IMG/VR virus record: IMGVR_UViG_3300035181_000829
Location: 1 to 64,000 of that record
Strand: one strand, 5' to 3'
DNA: 64,000 nt
DNA from: a virus
In this document: positions 9,601 through 19,635 of the stretch, piece by piece
Layout of the letters: every line of letters begins with the position of its first letter
How positions within the stretch are numbered: position 1 is the first letter of the stretch
The notes under the pieces: generated by a model
What the model was told of the DNA's origin: nothing
Database searches by the model: none
Seen by the model: only the letters and a program-made list of their open reading frames with translations
Position numbers and translations under genes: made by a program

Positions 9601-10784
9601 TAGTCCGGGCGGTCAACAAGGGTTTGGTCGGTGCCGTAGTCTTGAAGTGCCTGAATGGTCACTTGGCGGAGATAGTATCCACCGGCTGCGCTGGTATCAA
9701 TTTCAATATCGACGGTAGGCCGCGTATACTGATCGTCAAGCGAGCCAGTATCAATTCCCGCGTAAAGCAGGCTCACGTCCTTCACAATGTATGCGTAGTT
9801 GGTCGCGGTGACAATGTTAGCAGAGATTGTATCGGGCGTAACGAACGTGAAGTCATTGGCAATAGGTCCAGTGTAGTAGCACTTGAACGTATCATTGACG
9901 CCCGCCATCACGCCGTCGCTATTGAATGTGTTCGGCACAAGTTCGGGCAGCAAGCCCGCCACTTCGTTCGAGAACATGTCAAAAGGGATGGTGATCTTAT
10001 TTACCGTGGACGGAGACAAAAGGGAGAACAACTGTTGATAGTGGGAGATACCCTGAATATCTGTGAGGAAGTTGTGTGTAACGGTCTGCGAATGCCCATA
10101 GGCCATGCAATCCTGCAACGGTATATAGTAGCCCGTCGCATTGTCGCGCCAGTAAAGGATATGCCCAGCCGAAATGAAGTCTGAAATCTTGGTGTAGTCA
10201 ACCTGCACGAATGTCTGACCATCCGAGGCAAGAATGTATCTCTCTGTGCTGGCAGTAGACGTGTAGGTAGGGTCCAAGGACCAAGGCAACAATTCCGGGT
10301 CATACTGGTGTGCAAGATACCTGTCAGGGTATGGCAGGCATCCTACCTTACCAGAGTTCTTCGAGGTATCGATAGCCATGCTACCTACGAAATCGCGCAT
10401 GAGCTTACCGTCTGCCCAGATGCGCCCAACACCAATAATCGGACCCTTGCAGAGCATGAAGTCGGACGACACATGATAGGTGTAGGTAGTCTGTTTCTGT
10501 GAGTGCCCGCCCTTGCCGCCCACTTTATTCGTGGAAGACACTTCAATTAGATCGGTTGACGCAATGAGAATGCCAGCGATGCGGGTTGTGCCGTATGTTA
10601 TGGGGATAGGCGCTCCTAGGTTAGCCCTCGTTGTGGACGTATCAGACAAACGAGGGCCTTGAATGTCCGCAGGACGCGGAGCAAACAGGGCATTGTCAAT
10701 ATACCCACCGAGGGCCGAACCAAGAAATCCGCCAACGGGTCCGAGTAGGGCACTGCCGATAGACCCGAGGATCAGAGAAGCCAT
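6663..10784 (-). CDS. large tail-tip / central fibre protein (GTA megatron-like)
   Basis: GSALLGPVGGFLGSALGGYIDN, GPRL, G.PIPITYGT.R, IWADGK, PAY..RAHIVF..LQL..FGNRIPNLTFE, C-terminal WTRRDR...YQIS..VGRG. Confidence 0.85.
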   Translation of the reverse strand: MASLILGSIGSALLGPVGGFLGSALGGYIDNALFAPRPADIQGPRLSDTSTTRANLGAPIPITYGTTRIAGILIASTDLIEVSSTNKVGGKGGHSQKQTTYTYHVSSDFMLCKGPIIGVGRIWADGKLMRDFVGSMAIDTSKNSGKVGCLPYPDRYLAHQYDPELLPWSLDPTYTSTASTERYILASDGQTFVQVDYTKISDFISAGHILYWRDNATGYYIPLQDCMAYGHSQTVTHNFLTDIQGISHYQQLFSLLSPSTVNKITIPFDMFSNEVAGLLPELVPNTFNSDGVMAGVNDTFKCYYTGPIANDFTFVTPDTISANIVTATNYAYIVKDVSLLYAGIDTGSLDDQYTRPTVDIEIDTSAAGGYYLRQVTIQALQDYGTDQTLVDRPDYDYQKEGKSWTTFQIFHDTSATTVLATGGAVDKKILNGLQIPRYARWLRIQVEIWYVYPNIHTVTIPPITFKYVPSKASITGEGGIVGDGTGQRGWHSYYNLFAAFADWSKQSILQMTQVNNVTLYRGTEDQISDPAMEVALNSPVPAYIDRAHIVFDTLQLANFGNRIPNLTFETVRYENDTAAGIIEDLMDIGEVDEKYYDLTALPVTGDDAFVAGYTIGTQTSIRDAITAMLDVFDIDAADIMNQIVFRPRRRTAIDYIISTDDLDAKTPGSSPSPLIEYSYADIMELPRSLSISYSDPGRDYQINNAIYVRDQSGPNTWINKKGNTVKKSPSTQTSTAEYPVVSYPRIMKDAVVRRMQDAWTQKNTAKFKLPHKYVQIAPTDIISLRDNSATHYDQNIEVLQAPFGGGVDPRPGLLNGSNGVVHVYSPGVWLGAGNVGYMSTWGGLGVEAIPGGNGNWSGGIFYQDFDLGNYLTDDQIAAGGHVAQFCIDGEQQYSGYNLVWEGSHGVLLYAFKGTLDANGNTVPDFNGYIDAYGTGFVEIILGTTNLSYTTGKVTFQLPAGTRFVRCQVYCAAVLASYNGQYFENPILNLALKTDKLPIYSETIVKLTTVTRGADGILQCEGTLYKAPRRAGDLNVLSITGNAGTSQYISPVGSATIKLANTILYLMDIPAIRSTENDAGFYVGFAAEDGAWEGAEFYRSLDSGATYVDISTNIVPIVAGKVVSGALLGAIDCRVPDITSSIVVQLYNSDNELTSVTSDALLSGSNLALIGNELVSFLTATHLTGNQFQLNGAFIRGIAGTDRSECTDTHVVNEEFVLLQQAALVNFTDDLANRNRPMSYKAVTIGINTSDVAAETFTNTAQRLFPYSPCFLGGTRDGSNNLTIVWTRRDRFGIAWPDYIDIPNSEAYERYEIDVYDGTFATVLRTIVVNDAQTIVYSAADQTTDGLTPGNHVNIMVYQISDKVGRGHPAKGIV

Positions 10785-10795
10785 TAGTATACTCC

Positions 10796-11275
10796 TTAAA
10801 CGACGCCGCGAATTTTCCAGCAAGCGTGGATTCTTGGTATCAGGTAGGTAGGATCGATTGGCATCTCGATGACGCCGCGACGTTCTTGTGCATAAGAATG
10901 GATCATCGTTTCGCGGCCTTGGCTATCCTTGCCCGTATACACGACGATATGTCGGGGCACGCCGCGTTTTTCGATCCATAACGTGATCGCATCACCGGGC
11001 TGCAATCGATTGCAGAGGGCATCACCGGGCTGGTAATCGGTGCGGTCCATGTGATCGTAGCACAAGGTATCGAATGTCATGCTGTCAGGCATGTGCGAAT
11101 ACCCGGTAATCTTGGGGCCTTCGGTGAAGATACCTAGGCGGGTGCCGGATACGATAAGCAAGCCGATACAATCCATACGCTCAAGTGAACGGCCCATATG
11201 TTGAAACCGCGCCCCCTTGTGGGAACGCAATTCGGTGAGCCATTCCTGCCGGGTGACGGTCTTAGGCTTTTGCAT
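10796..11275 (-). CDS. NlpC/P60 tail-associated peptidase
   Basis: FQHMGR...MDCIGL, QPGD, RHIVVY, MIHSY; position in the GTA-like tail module. Confidence 0.85.
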   Translation of the reverse strand: MQKPKTVTRQEWLTELRSHKGARFQHMGRSLERMDCIGLLIVSGTRLGIFTEGPKITGYSHMPDSMTFDTLCYDHMDRTDYQPGDALCNRLQPGDAITLWIEKRGVPRHIVVYTGKDSQGRETMIHSYAQERRGVIEMPIDPTYLIPRIHACWKIRGVV

Positions 11276-12122
11276 CGGGATACCTGCTGAGCATATCGTT
11301 ACCAACCGTGAACGGTTCTCCGCCAAACCGGCGCGAATTGCCGTAGGACTGGCATGTATTGTAGTTCTTGTCACAGCCCCGCACAAGCGTCACTTGGTCA
11401 CCAGTCGTGATGGGGAATGGCATGTCGAGAAACAGCGTAATCTTGCTGGAAACATGACTGATAATTTCCATTGCGAGGCCAGCGTTGTTCCCGGTAACCC
11501 ATATGGCTTTGCCCCAAGTGTAGTTTGATGCAAAGAAGTCGGCAGGTGTGAACAAAAACGTGTCATTTAAGCCCATTGCCGTGATTGGATAGGTGGTAGC
11601 ATAGGTGCTCTGAGAAAGGCCACATTTTGTATCACAAAAGTTGTAACGGCACTGCACCGAAGTCACGTCCGTAAATATCTGCGATAGCTGCTGGGCGATG
11701 CCGCGAAGATCAGCCCGAAAGCTGGTATCCTGCATGGTGATCGCGCCGATCCATGTAGTCTTGAGAGGGAACGGCACGACACCCTTGTTGGACCAGTAGG
11801 CTAGAAGCAGGTCAACCCGTGCGAACTTGAATCTACCAGCCGAAAGGTCCGCATCAGTGAGGGAATCATCACTGATGATCGCATCGATATTCAAGTTGGA
11901 AACCGCAAGGCCGGACTGATTCTCGATTGCGGTCATCTTAAACGACGCCGCAGATTTATAGACTTGCAGTGTGCCGTCATCCTCCATCAGCTTTATGTCA
12001 GTGTCATGTGCTGTGAAGCGGAAGACCATACCATCCTGTCGGCTGATCTTCACGCATTCGGCATACTGCGTCCGCGTCTGAGTGAAGCGGTTCAGCATTT
12101 CGATGTAGGTAGCGCGGTTCAT
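11262..12122 (-). CDS. baseplate hub protein (DUF2163 / BR0599-like)
   Basis: I.RQDG..FRFTAHD, CRYNFCDTKCGL, GCDK...TC...NSRRFGGEP. Confidence 0.85.
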   Translation of the reverse strand: MNRATYIEMLNRFTQTRTQYAECVKISRQDGMVFRFTAHDTDIKLMEDDGTLQVYKSAASFKMTAIENQSGLAVSNLNIDAIISDDSLTDADLSAGRFKFARVDLLLAYWSNKGVVPFPLKTTWIGAITMQDTSFRADLRGIAQQLSQIFTDVTSVQCRYNFCDTKCGLSQSTYATTYPITAMGLNDTFLFTPADFFASNYTWGKAIWVTGNNAGLAMEIISHVSSKITLFLDMPFPITTGDQVTLVRGCDKNYNTCQSYGNSRRFGGEPFTVGNDMLSRYPDAKA

Positions 12123-13237
12123 TCAAAAACCTCGACCAGCACGATGCTGCTGAAATTGGCGACTGCGCTGTCACGCATACCAGCCGTGATTTCGGACGGC
12201 AGAACCGTCCCGTCCTTGAAGCGAACGGGAACATGGAAGTAGTAACCAGCGGTGATCAATGCGCCGACAGGTGGTAGCGTGGGCGTGAGTGTGATCGAAT
12301 GGGTTTCATCCACACCGCCCCATGCCGTTCCGTCATACTTCTGCAACGTGAGATAGTGGGCGGGTGAGATAGCGGCGATACGCAGCGGGGCACCCGACTG
12401 CGGCGCGTTGTTCGCCGTGTTGGCGAATCCTGTGATATAGACCAAATCACCGACATTGAAACCAGCGGTATTCGAGGTTATCAGGTTGTTGCCGGTCTTC
12501 GTAAACGTGTTCGTGGTCGCGGGACGACCAAGCGAAAAATCAATCTGGCATGTTGCCATATTGTAAGACCAGTTGAAAACTTGAAAGCCATCGACCGCGA
12601 GCACAAGCGTCGATACATCGGGATAACGGATGCGACGTTGTTTCTGGTAAGCGCCATAGGTATAGTATTTGTAAAGCGGGTAGGACGCCTGTGCACCGAC
12701 CGCGACGGCAATCTGTTGGTCTAGCATGGTCACATTGGTAAGCGACATGCCTGCATCACTTTCCGCGCTTGTGTTGTCCAGCGGGTCCATGAACAGGAAT
12801 GCGGCGAAGTCACCGGAGACAACGTGCCAGATGCGCATTACCTGCGCTATCTCGTTGGCTGGCAGGTTATCCATCTTGATATTGTATTCGTGCTTCGGGT
12901 ATTTCCACCGCTGTTGCCGCTGTTCGGCCCCGCTGTCCACTTCGGACTTGTAGGTCTCGTAAGTGGGCACCCCGGTCGAGCCGTATGTGATGCACTCTGG
13001 GAAAATCAGATCGGTGTAAACCATGTCGGTATCCTCGGTTCCTTCGGTCGCTGCAATCGATTGCCGACCGCCATTCGGCGCACGATCTGCACGAAACATT
13101 ACATCGATGCCAACGCCAAACACTTTGACAACATTACCGGCTATCATGCAATCTATGCCAACACCGTAAACCTTTTTGAACAAGGATGATTTGGTTAGAG
13201 CATCGATGCCAGTTCCGTATACTTTCGTATAGGTCAT
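12119..13237 (-). CDS. distal tail protein (DUF2460-like) with N-terminal repeats and a central insertion
   Basis: FP.CITYGSTG.P.Y.T...SG.EQR...W.YP, FLFMDPLD, ITAGYYFHVPVRF. Confidence 0.85.
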   Translation of the reverse strand: MTYTKVYGTGIDALTKSSLFKKVYGVGIDCMIAGNVVKVFGVGIDVMFRADRAPNGGRQSIAATEGTEDTDMVYTDLIFPECITYGSTGVPTYETYKSEVDSGAEQRQQRWKYPKHEYNIKMDNLPANEIAQVMRIWHVVSGDFAAFLFMDPLDNTSAESDAGMSLTNVTMLDQQIAVAVGAQASYPLYKYYTYGAYQKQRRIRYPDVSTLVLAVDGFQVFNWSYNMATCQIDFSLGRPATTNTFTKTGNNLITSNTAGFNVGDLVYITGFANTANNAPQSGAPLRIAAISPAHYLTLQKYDGTAWGGVDETHSITLTPTLPPVGALITAGYYFHVPVRFKDGTVLPSEITAGMRDSAVANFSSIVLVEVFE

Positions 13238-13238
13238 A

Positions 13239-14441
13239 TCAAACCCCGTCGATGCCTACTTGAAGGTCATTGACAACAGTTGGCGTCAATGCAACACCGC
13301 CTGGCCCCGCCGTAGAATACATGCTGACCACCCTTGGGGCCGTGCTCGTGATGGGGATACCACCGCTATCAATGTAGGTGCCTGCGGAGTTGTAGAGTCG
13401 GCTTATGATCCCACCGGACCCCGCGCTCAAAAGCCCGGTGAACGTGCGGGCCGCAACAGCCGTCACATTACCGATGCTTGCTGCAAGATCATCGACAGTG
13501 TAAATGTCTATCTGGTTCGTTGCAGTCTGTTGCACGTAGGCCGTGAGGGCTGTCGGGTCGAACAGCGTATTAACGTTGGCGTAGTTTGCCCCCGCTGCTG
13601 GCGTCCAGTTTGTCGTAGCCGTCGCACCATTGGGTTTCAGGTAGATGATCTGCTGCGGGCCAAGCATGGTGTTGGGAAGCCCGGTCTGGCTACGCAATAC
13701 ATAGATGTCATCGATCCAGTGGGTGTAACCACCTGTGAAGTAGCCGTTGTGGTTATTCACGATTGCAGCAGATGTAATAAGCGCCGTAGCAGCTTTCCTC
13801 AAGCCCGCCGAATAGGCTTGGGTAAGCACTGCTACACCGTTGACATTGATGCTCACGTAAGGGGTCGCGCCGATCATGTCGAGCATCACTTCGACATACG
13901 ACCATATGTTAACACGAAGCGCGCCGGGTGGTGTTGACAGCCCCGCAATCATGGCTGGCGTAATCAGCCCGGTGTTTGCCATATCGAACGACACCGACGA
14001 AAAGAACAGCATACCAGAAGTTGACAGCCAAAGGGATGCCTGTTCAACATTCGACACACCGTCATCGTAGCCGAACTGCACGAGGCAGATGGCCTGATTG
14101 GGCAGCTTGTCGAACTTGAATCCGAACCCAAGCACAACCCTGTTTGTCACTGCAAGGTTGTATTGTATCGGAATGGGTTTCGTGCCATTGAAGTCTGCAT
14201 TATACGTTCCCGCGTCGGGACGCTGTATCTGCAACGACTGACCGGCAACACGGTAGTCCGTAGCCACGATCAGTGGTCCGCTTGCCGTGGAATAGCCGCC
14301 GCTGGCATCCTTGAACCAGTTCGCCGTATTGGCGGGTAAAGCAAAACCAAGATAGTTGGCAAGATCTATCGCCGCAAGTTGGGTAGTATACAAAGCCGTT
14401 GGTTTCATATATTCGAAGCCTTGGAACGCTGCCAGTGCCAT
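13239..14441 (-). CDS. virion structural protein with lectin-like beta domain
   Basis: WSYVEV...VNGV, WIDDIYV, LKPNG..TNWT; lies between tape measure and distal tail. Confidence 0.6.
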   Translation of the reverse strand: MALAAFQGFEYMKPTALYTTQLAAIDLANYLGFALPANTANWFKDASGGYSTASGPLIVATDYRVAGQSLQIQRPDAGTYNADFNGTKPIPIQYNLAVTNRVVLGFGFKFDKLPNQAICLVQFGYDDGVSNVEQASLWLSTSGMLFFSSVSFDMANTGLITPAMIAGLSTPPGALRVNIWSYVEVMLDMIGATPYVSINVNGVAVLTQAYSAGLRKAATALITSAAIVNNHNGYFTGGYTHWIDDIYVLRSQTGLPNTMLGPQQIIYLKPNGATATTNWTPAAGANYANVNTLFDPTALTAYVQQTATNQIDIYTVDDLAASIGNVTAVAARTFTGLLSAGSGGIISRLYNSAGTYIDSGGIPITSTAPRVVSMYSTAGPGGVALTPTVVNDLQVGIDGV

Positions 14442-14470
14442 GTTGTATCCTCGCTTGCAATCGATTGTAG

Positions 14471-17400
14471 TCAGGTATTGCGCCGTGCTTTTTCAAGCGC
14501 AGCACCAAGTTGTTTCGCGTGTTGATCCGCCGAACGCCGGAAGGTATCAGCCGGGGCTTGGCCTCCGTTCACATGGTAGTGCACATTCAGATGGGTATCG
14601 CCGTGGTGGACACTGTTGTTATCGCCCCCGCGCACGTTGTTGTTCACCGCACCTTGACCCATCATAGCAGCAAAATCGGCGCTGCCAACCTGACCGCTTA
14701 CCTCGCCGCCCGCTGCGAATCCATTGAAGCTCTTGCCAGACATTAATCCAATAAGCTTCTGCGTATCGCCCGGTTTGATGGCTCCGCTGTTGATCGCTTT
14801 CAGCAATGGGCGGAAATTCTTCGTCGCCTCGCTATGCACAACGAACTCGCCGTTCGAAAGCCAAGCAGGGATACTGTCGCTCGTGCCATTACCAGCGCCA
14901 TACACATCGCCGCCGTCAGCGAAGCCAAGGAAGCTTTTGATGCCGCCGAGGATTGAATTGCCGATTCCACCGAAAATACCACCGAGCGTTCCGCCAGCAG
15001 CACCACCGCCACTACCACTTAGGCTAACCGGGTTAAAGGTAGCCGAACCGAGCGACTTACCACCGCTTGCTGCCTGAGTCGCGGCGTTCAGCCCAGCAAC
15101 GAACTGTGCACCAAACGTATTGATCGTCGTCACAAGCGAGGTTGAAAACTGCGTGAAGATCGACTTGAACTGATCAGCCGCTTCGGTCGCATTCTTGCTG
15201 AGCGCATCAAGTATGCCACCACCGCCCGCCGCAGCCCCAGCGGTAGAACCCGCTGCACCGGATGGGGCCGTAGTGTGGGTTAACCCGAGGGCTGACAGAA
15301 TACCACCTATAAGACCACTGCTACCTACAGATGGCGTGCCAGCGCTGCCCTGTTGTGACGGTTGCTGCGCATTGCCGAAGATCGAACCACCACCGCCGGT
15401 CAGGCTGGAAATGGATTGCTGGATCAGGCCCTTGGTGAAGCCCGCGAAAATCTGCTTGGAAATGTCCAGCATGGACTTCTTGAAGCTATCCCAAGCGTTC
15501 TTCGTGTCGAAGATGAAATCGCCGATACCTTTGGACAGAGTGTCGAGCACGCCGGTCGTGGCCGTCGATACAATGTCAGTAAGCGTGACAAGGCTCTTTT
15601 CGTATTCTGCAAAGCCTTTGTCGATCCCCGCTGCGACGATGGTCCAAGTATTCTTAGTATGGAACGCCAAATCGTCAAGATCACGCTCGAACAGCTTGAT
15701 GGCATCGTCACGACGCTTCATCGAGTTCTCAAACGATGCTACCGCTGCAAGGTCAGCGGCTTCGGCCTTCTGCAACGCAACGATGGTTGCCTGATAATCG
15801 CCCGCGATCTGGTCGGTCAGCTTTCCCTTGGCACCGATGGATTTCAGTTGCTCTTGCAGTTTGGCAATCTGACCTTCGTATTTGCTCTTTACCGCAGCCT
15901 CATCATAGTTGAAGTTGAAGTCGATGCGTTGATCGATGGTCAGCCCTCGGGTGCTGTCGTTCAACGTCTTTTGTGCATCAAGCAACGTTTTCTGCGCCGC
16001 CCGAAGTTCGTCGGCAATCTTATTGGCCGTATCAACGCCGCTGCTACCGCCTCGTGCGGGTCCACGGGCACCACCGGGTTTGAATGACGCGGAGACAGTG
16101 GCTACAGCTTTCTGACCGGAGAGCACACCGTTGGTAACGACCTGTTCGATCTGTGCGAGCAAGTTTTTAGATACATCATCGAGAAACTTGACCATCTCAG
16201 GCGAAAGGCTCAACGCCTTTGCGGAGGCGTTCACAAGATCGACAACAACTTGCTGGTATTTCGCAAACTGCGAGGCGGTGAATGCCTGCACATCGGCGGG
16301 GGACGCATTCGGATTCTGAGCGAGGTAGTTCTTGATTGCGTCAATCGCGGGCTTGCCTTCAATAAGGTCAACAAGGCCCGGAATGTTGGCGGGGTCAAAT
16401 GCGAGGCCAGCCTTGTCAAATGCAGCCTGTGCTGCGGCGGCATACCCGGCGTAGTCATCGGTTCCGATAGCGTCAAAGATCGCCTGATACTGTTTGGTGG
16501 ACTTATCTGCAACAGCTTGGGCATCTTGCAACGTAGTTAGATTAGTGCCTGCCGCTGCGGCTTGCAGTGACGTGGCTAGGCTCTTGGACGTTTCCGACAG
16601 GAGCTTTTCGTAATTGATCCGCGTTTTCAGGTTTTCAGCATCAAGCACAGCACGAGCCGTATCGATGCCCGCATCAATTACCTTCGTGGTTTGCTTGGCC
16701 GTATAGCTCGCAATTATTTGACCGGCCTGCGATTCCGAAACGTTGCTGTCAGTGCTTAGGATGGTGCGAAGAATGTCATCGAGGTTTATGGCCCCTTTGG
16801 TATCCTTGAGCTTATTGACAATATCCGTGATCACCTGCTTGTTTTGCAGGAGCTTCGCAAAGTCAATCGATTTGAACTGGTCCGGCAGGGTGGTATCCCC
16901 GCTTGCAATCGATTGTAGGAACTTCGTAAGGCCGACCGCGCGATGTTCCTGCGCACCATGAAGAACCGAAAGCGTCCGGTCTAGTAGTTCATTTTCGCTA
17001 GCTGTCTGCTGCGTATACTCAATAACAGACTTGGCGATTTCGGTGCCGTAGTTGTCCACAAGCCAACTGCTGAGGTAGCTCTGCATATTCTGCGCGTAAG
17101 GCTGCTTTTCCTGTATGTATTTCGCAACCTGATTGCTGGCTGCAATAATGCTGGCCCGATCTTTCTCGTTAACGCTCGCGAGGTTCTTGCTGAAATCATC
17201 CTGTGAAGCCTTTATAGCGTCGGAAATGGTGCCAAGTTGTTTTGCAGCGTCATCTATTGATGCCTGCGTATTCTGCACATACATAAGAGGTTGGCTGTAA
17301 AGCGTAGTGTCTGCAAGGCCACTATCATACCGTTGTTGGTCCAGTTGCAGGTTAGCCGATATGTTCCCCGCATCCTTCTGCGAGAATGCACTTCCTTGCG

Positions 17401-19138
17401 TATTATCCCTGTTGAATGCTGTGGCACTAGCCTGCGCTGCCTCTACCTGCTTCTGCATTGCAGCGTCCGCAGCATCGCCGAGGCTGTTCCAAGCGGTTAC
17501 TTCCTCGTAGATAATTGCGGTAAGCGCGGCCACGGCTGACACTACAGCAATAATGCCAAGCAAGATTTCGCCGCCGCCGACAGCAAACAGGCCCAAAGCC
17601 ACTTCGCCCATCGTGCCGAGGGCACTTCCTACAGCAGCAATAACGGATGCGAGGTCGAGCGCCAAGAACGCCTTGAAGGCGATTACCATCCCACCGAGCG
17701 ATTCGACAAACGCCGCAATGTTCAAGGCAAACAATTCGCCAAACGCTATAGTGGTTTCCGCAATGGCAGCGGGAAGAAGGGCGACGTTCTCGATAAACAA
17801 TAGTATCGCATCGCCAATACCGAAGAAGAAGCCGTAGACACCGGCATAAACTTCACTAGCCGTCATCGCTGTAAGAGCGCCGGTCGTTGCAACAGCCGTG
17901 GTGCCAATAGCAACAAGCGAGGCCGTCACTGTGCCGATAACACTGGATACCCCGCCAAGCGTTGCTGATGCAAGCGAGAACAAGCCAAGAGCGCGGGCTA
18001 GTGCGCCGAACGCCGCCGCCGCACCTATTACCGCAGTGGATGCCGCAACAAAGCCTACCGTATAGTTGATGAATGTCTTCGTTTCGGGGTCAAGTTCACG
18101 GTAAGCTTTGGTCAGTCCGATCAGATAGTCAGCCGCCGCCTTGATAGCCGGAGCGAACTGTTCACCGACCGACCGTTGAATATCAGCAAAGGCGTTGCTA
18201 AGAAGATCAAGACTACCCTTGGTGGTATTCAGGTTTTTAAGGGTGAAGTCGAACGCCGTGGTAGTGTTGGAAATCTGGTCCAACATATCACGGTAGGAAG
18301 ACGTGGCGTGGCCCGCAGCAGGAACAACGTCCTTCATAAGCTGGATAGACGCCGCAAGGGCTTGGTTGCCGAAGATTTTGGCAAGCTGACCTTGTGACAG
18401 GTTCTTCGACGCAAGTTCTTGAAGGATAGATTCAAGACCACGGAAGTTCCCGGTGGCGTCAATAACGGAAACACCAAGGTCACGCAGAATCTTCTGTGCG
18501 TCGCCTACAGGGTTGGTCAGGCGGATGATGACGTTGCGAAGACCAGTTCCGGCCTGTTGACCACGAAGACCAACGTTGAACAATTCGTCAAGATAGGCGG
18601 TTGTCTGCTCAAGGGACAGGCCAGCAATTTCAGCAACGGGGCCGACTTGACGAAGGCCAAACTGCAATTTCTGCAAGCTGGCGAGTGAACTGTTGATAGA
18701 TGCCGTGAACAAGTTGGCAACGTCCGTCGCACTCGACGCCGGAAGCTCAAACGCGGTAAGGCTCGCTGCGATCAAGTCAGCGGCTTGACCAACGTCCGAC
18801 ATGGTAGCAGAGGACAGCAAGAGGACGCCGTTCAAGCCTTGCATGGCCTGTTGGGCAGTAAAGCCTGCCTGCGCAAGTTCCTGCATGGCAGTGACAGCTT
18901 GGCCCGCAGACACCGCTGTTACCAGAGAGAAATTTCGAGCTGCATCCGCCATCTGGGTGATTTCACTGGCAGTCGCACCGGCAACGGAACCAGTGAACAC
19001 AACAGCCTGTTGAAAATCGATGAATGACTTTACCGCGCCGCCGAAACTATTGGCAGCAGAGGTAAGTAGGGCGAAGGAAGCCGCCGCCCTACCAATGTCT
19101 GTGGCGATTTTCCCGAAGTCAACGTTAGCGTCGGCCAT
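14471..19138 (-). CDS. tail tape measure protein
   Basis: 1555 aa, TP901-type core (ELAQAGF, QQAGTGLR), hydrophobic mid-section, FADGG..G.G.GTSDSIPAWLSNGEFVV. Confidence 0.93.
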   Translation of the reverse strand: MADANVDFGKIATDIGRAAASFALLTSAANSFGGAVKSFIDFQQAVVFTGSVAGATASEITQMADAARNFSLVTAVSAGQAVTAMQELAQAGFTAQQAMQGLNGVLLLSSATMSDVGQAADLIAASLTAFELPASSATDVANLFTASINSSLASLQKLQFGLRQVGPVAEIAGLSLEQTTAYLDELFNVGLRGQQAGTGLRNVIIRLTNPVGDAQKILRDLGVSVIDATGNFRGLESILQELASKNLSQGQLAKIFGNQALAASIQLMKDVVPAAGHATSSYRDMLDQISNTTTAFDFTLKNLNTTKGSLDLLSNAFADIQRSVGEQFAPAIKAAADYLIGLTKAYRELDPETKTFINYTVGFVAASTAVIGAAAAFGALARALGLFSLASATLGGVSSVIGTVTASLVAIGTTAVATTGALTAMTASEVYAGVYGFFFGIGDAILLFIENVALLPAAIAETTIAFGELFALNIAAFVESLGGMVIAFKAFLALDLASVIAAVGSALGTMGEVALGLFAVGGGEILLGIIAVVSAVAALTAIIYEEVTAWNSLGDAADAAMQKQVEAAQASATAFNRDNTQGSAFSQKDAGNISANLQLDQQRYDSGLADTTLYSQPLMYVQNTQASIDDAAKQLGTISDAIKASQDDFSKNLASVNEKDRASIIAASNQVAKYIQEKQPYAQNMQSYLSSWLVDNYGTEIAKSVIEYTQQTASENELLDRTLSVLHGAQEHRAVGLTKFLQSIASGDTTLPDQFKSIDFAKLLQNKQVITDIVNKLKDTKGAINLDDILRTILSTDSNVSESQAGQIIASYTAKQTTKVIDAGIDTARAVLDAENLKTRINYEKLLSETSKSLATSLQAAAAGTNLTTLQDAQAVADKSTKQYQAIFDAIGTDDYAGYAAAAQAAFDKAGLAFDPANIPGLVDLIEGKPAIDAIKNYLAQNPNASPADVQAFTASQFAKYQQVVVDLVNASAKALSLSPEMVKFLDDVSKNLLAQIEQVVTNGVLSGQKAVATVSASFKPGGARGPARGGSSGVDTANKIADELRAAQKTLLDAQKTLNDSTRGLTIDQRIDFNFNYDEAAVKSKYEGQIAKLQEQLKSIGAKGKLTDQIAGDYQATIVALQKAEAADLAAVASFENSMKRRDDAIKLFERDLDDLAFHTKNTWTIVAAGIDKGFAEYEKSLVTLTDIVSTATTGVLDTLSKGIGDFIFDTKNAWDSFKKSMLDISKQIFAGFTKGLIQQSISSLTGGGGSIFGNAQQPSQQGSAGTPSVGSSGLIGGILSALGLTHTTAPSGAAGSTAGAAAGGGGILDALSKNATEAADQFKSIFTQFSTSLVTTINTFGAQFVAGLNAATQAASGGKSLGSATFNPVSLSGSGGGAAGGTLGGIFGGIGNSILGGIKSFLGFADGGDVYGAGNGTSDSIPAWLSNGEFVVHSEATKNFRPLLKAINSGAIKPGDTQKLIGLMSGKSFNGFAAGGEVSGQVGSADFAAMMGQGAVNNNVRGGDNNSVHHGDTHLNVHYHVNGGQAPADTFRRSADQHAKQLGAALEKARRNT

Positions 19139-19149
19139 TTATTACCTAT

Positions 19150-19635
19150 TCAACGTGTCAGCCTTGCAAAGCCCGGACCATCCCCTGTTAGCTGAGATTG
19201 ATCCGCAGTGGTTTTGTTCTGGCGTTCCACGACCCTTTCGTATTCTAGTTCATCGCTGAAGGAAGATGATACGAGGGACACGATAGGCATGAACATGAGC
19301 GGCTGATTGCCAAGAGCGCCTGCGTTCGGTAGATGACCTTTATCAAAGGCATTGTAGCCGATCATTATGGTCATCCACCATTCAGGGTCTTCGTGGATGA
19401 ACCTTCGGGGGCAGCGGTCCTGTTGTTCCCCCGAAGGTAGCTGCCAGTAGTGCTTCTGTCCGAACTTTCGAATTGCCGGTGCGGTGCAACCACGTTCTTT
19501 CTTCTGATCGTCACTGCAACTATCGCACCGCCAATCCGAGAAGCTCTTTCGACGGACAGATGCTACTGAGTGTTGGATTCGTTCTGGGAGGCCGGGGCGG
19601 TCACTTGCTCCGTGTCCTCCTTTGGCTTCAAAGGG
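19150..19635 (-). CDS. tail assembly chaperone extension (gpGT-like), probably reached by -1 frameshift
   Basis: The -1 frame is open from CCCTTTG (19629-19635) to 19150: ...WRCDSCSDDQKKERGC...DRCPRR...GHLPNAGALGNQP. Confidence 0.6.
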   Translation of the reverse strand, partial: PFEAKGGHGASDRPGLPERIQHSVASVRRKSFSDWRCDSCSDDQKKERGCTAPAIRKFGQKHYWQLPSGEQQDRCPRRFIHEDPEWWMTIMIGYNAFDKGHLPNAGALGNQPLMFMPIVSLVSSSFSDELEYERVVERQNKTTADQSQLTGDGPGFARLTR

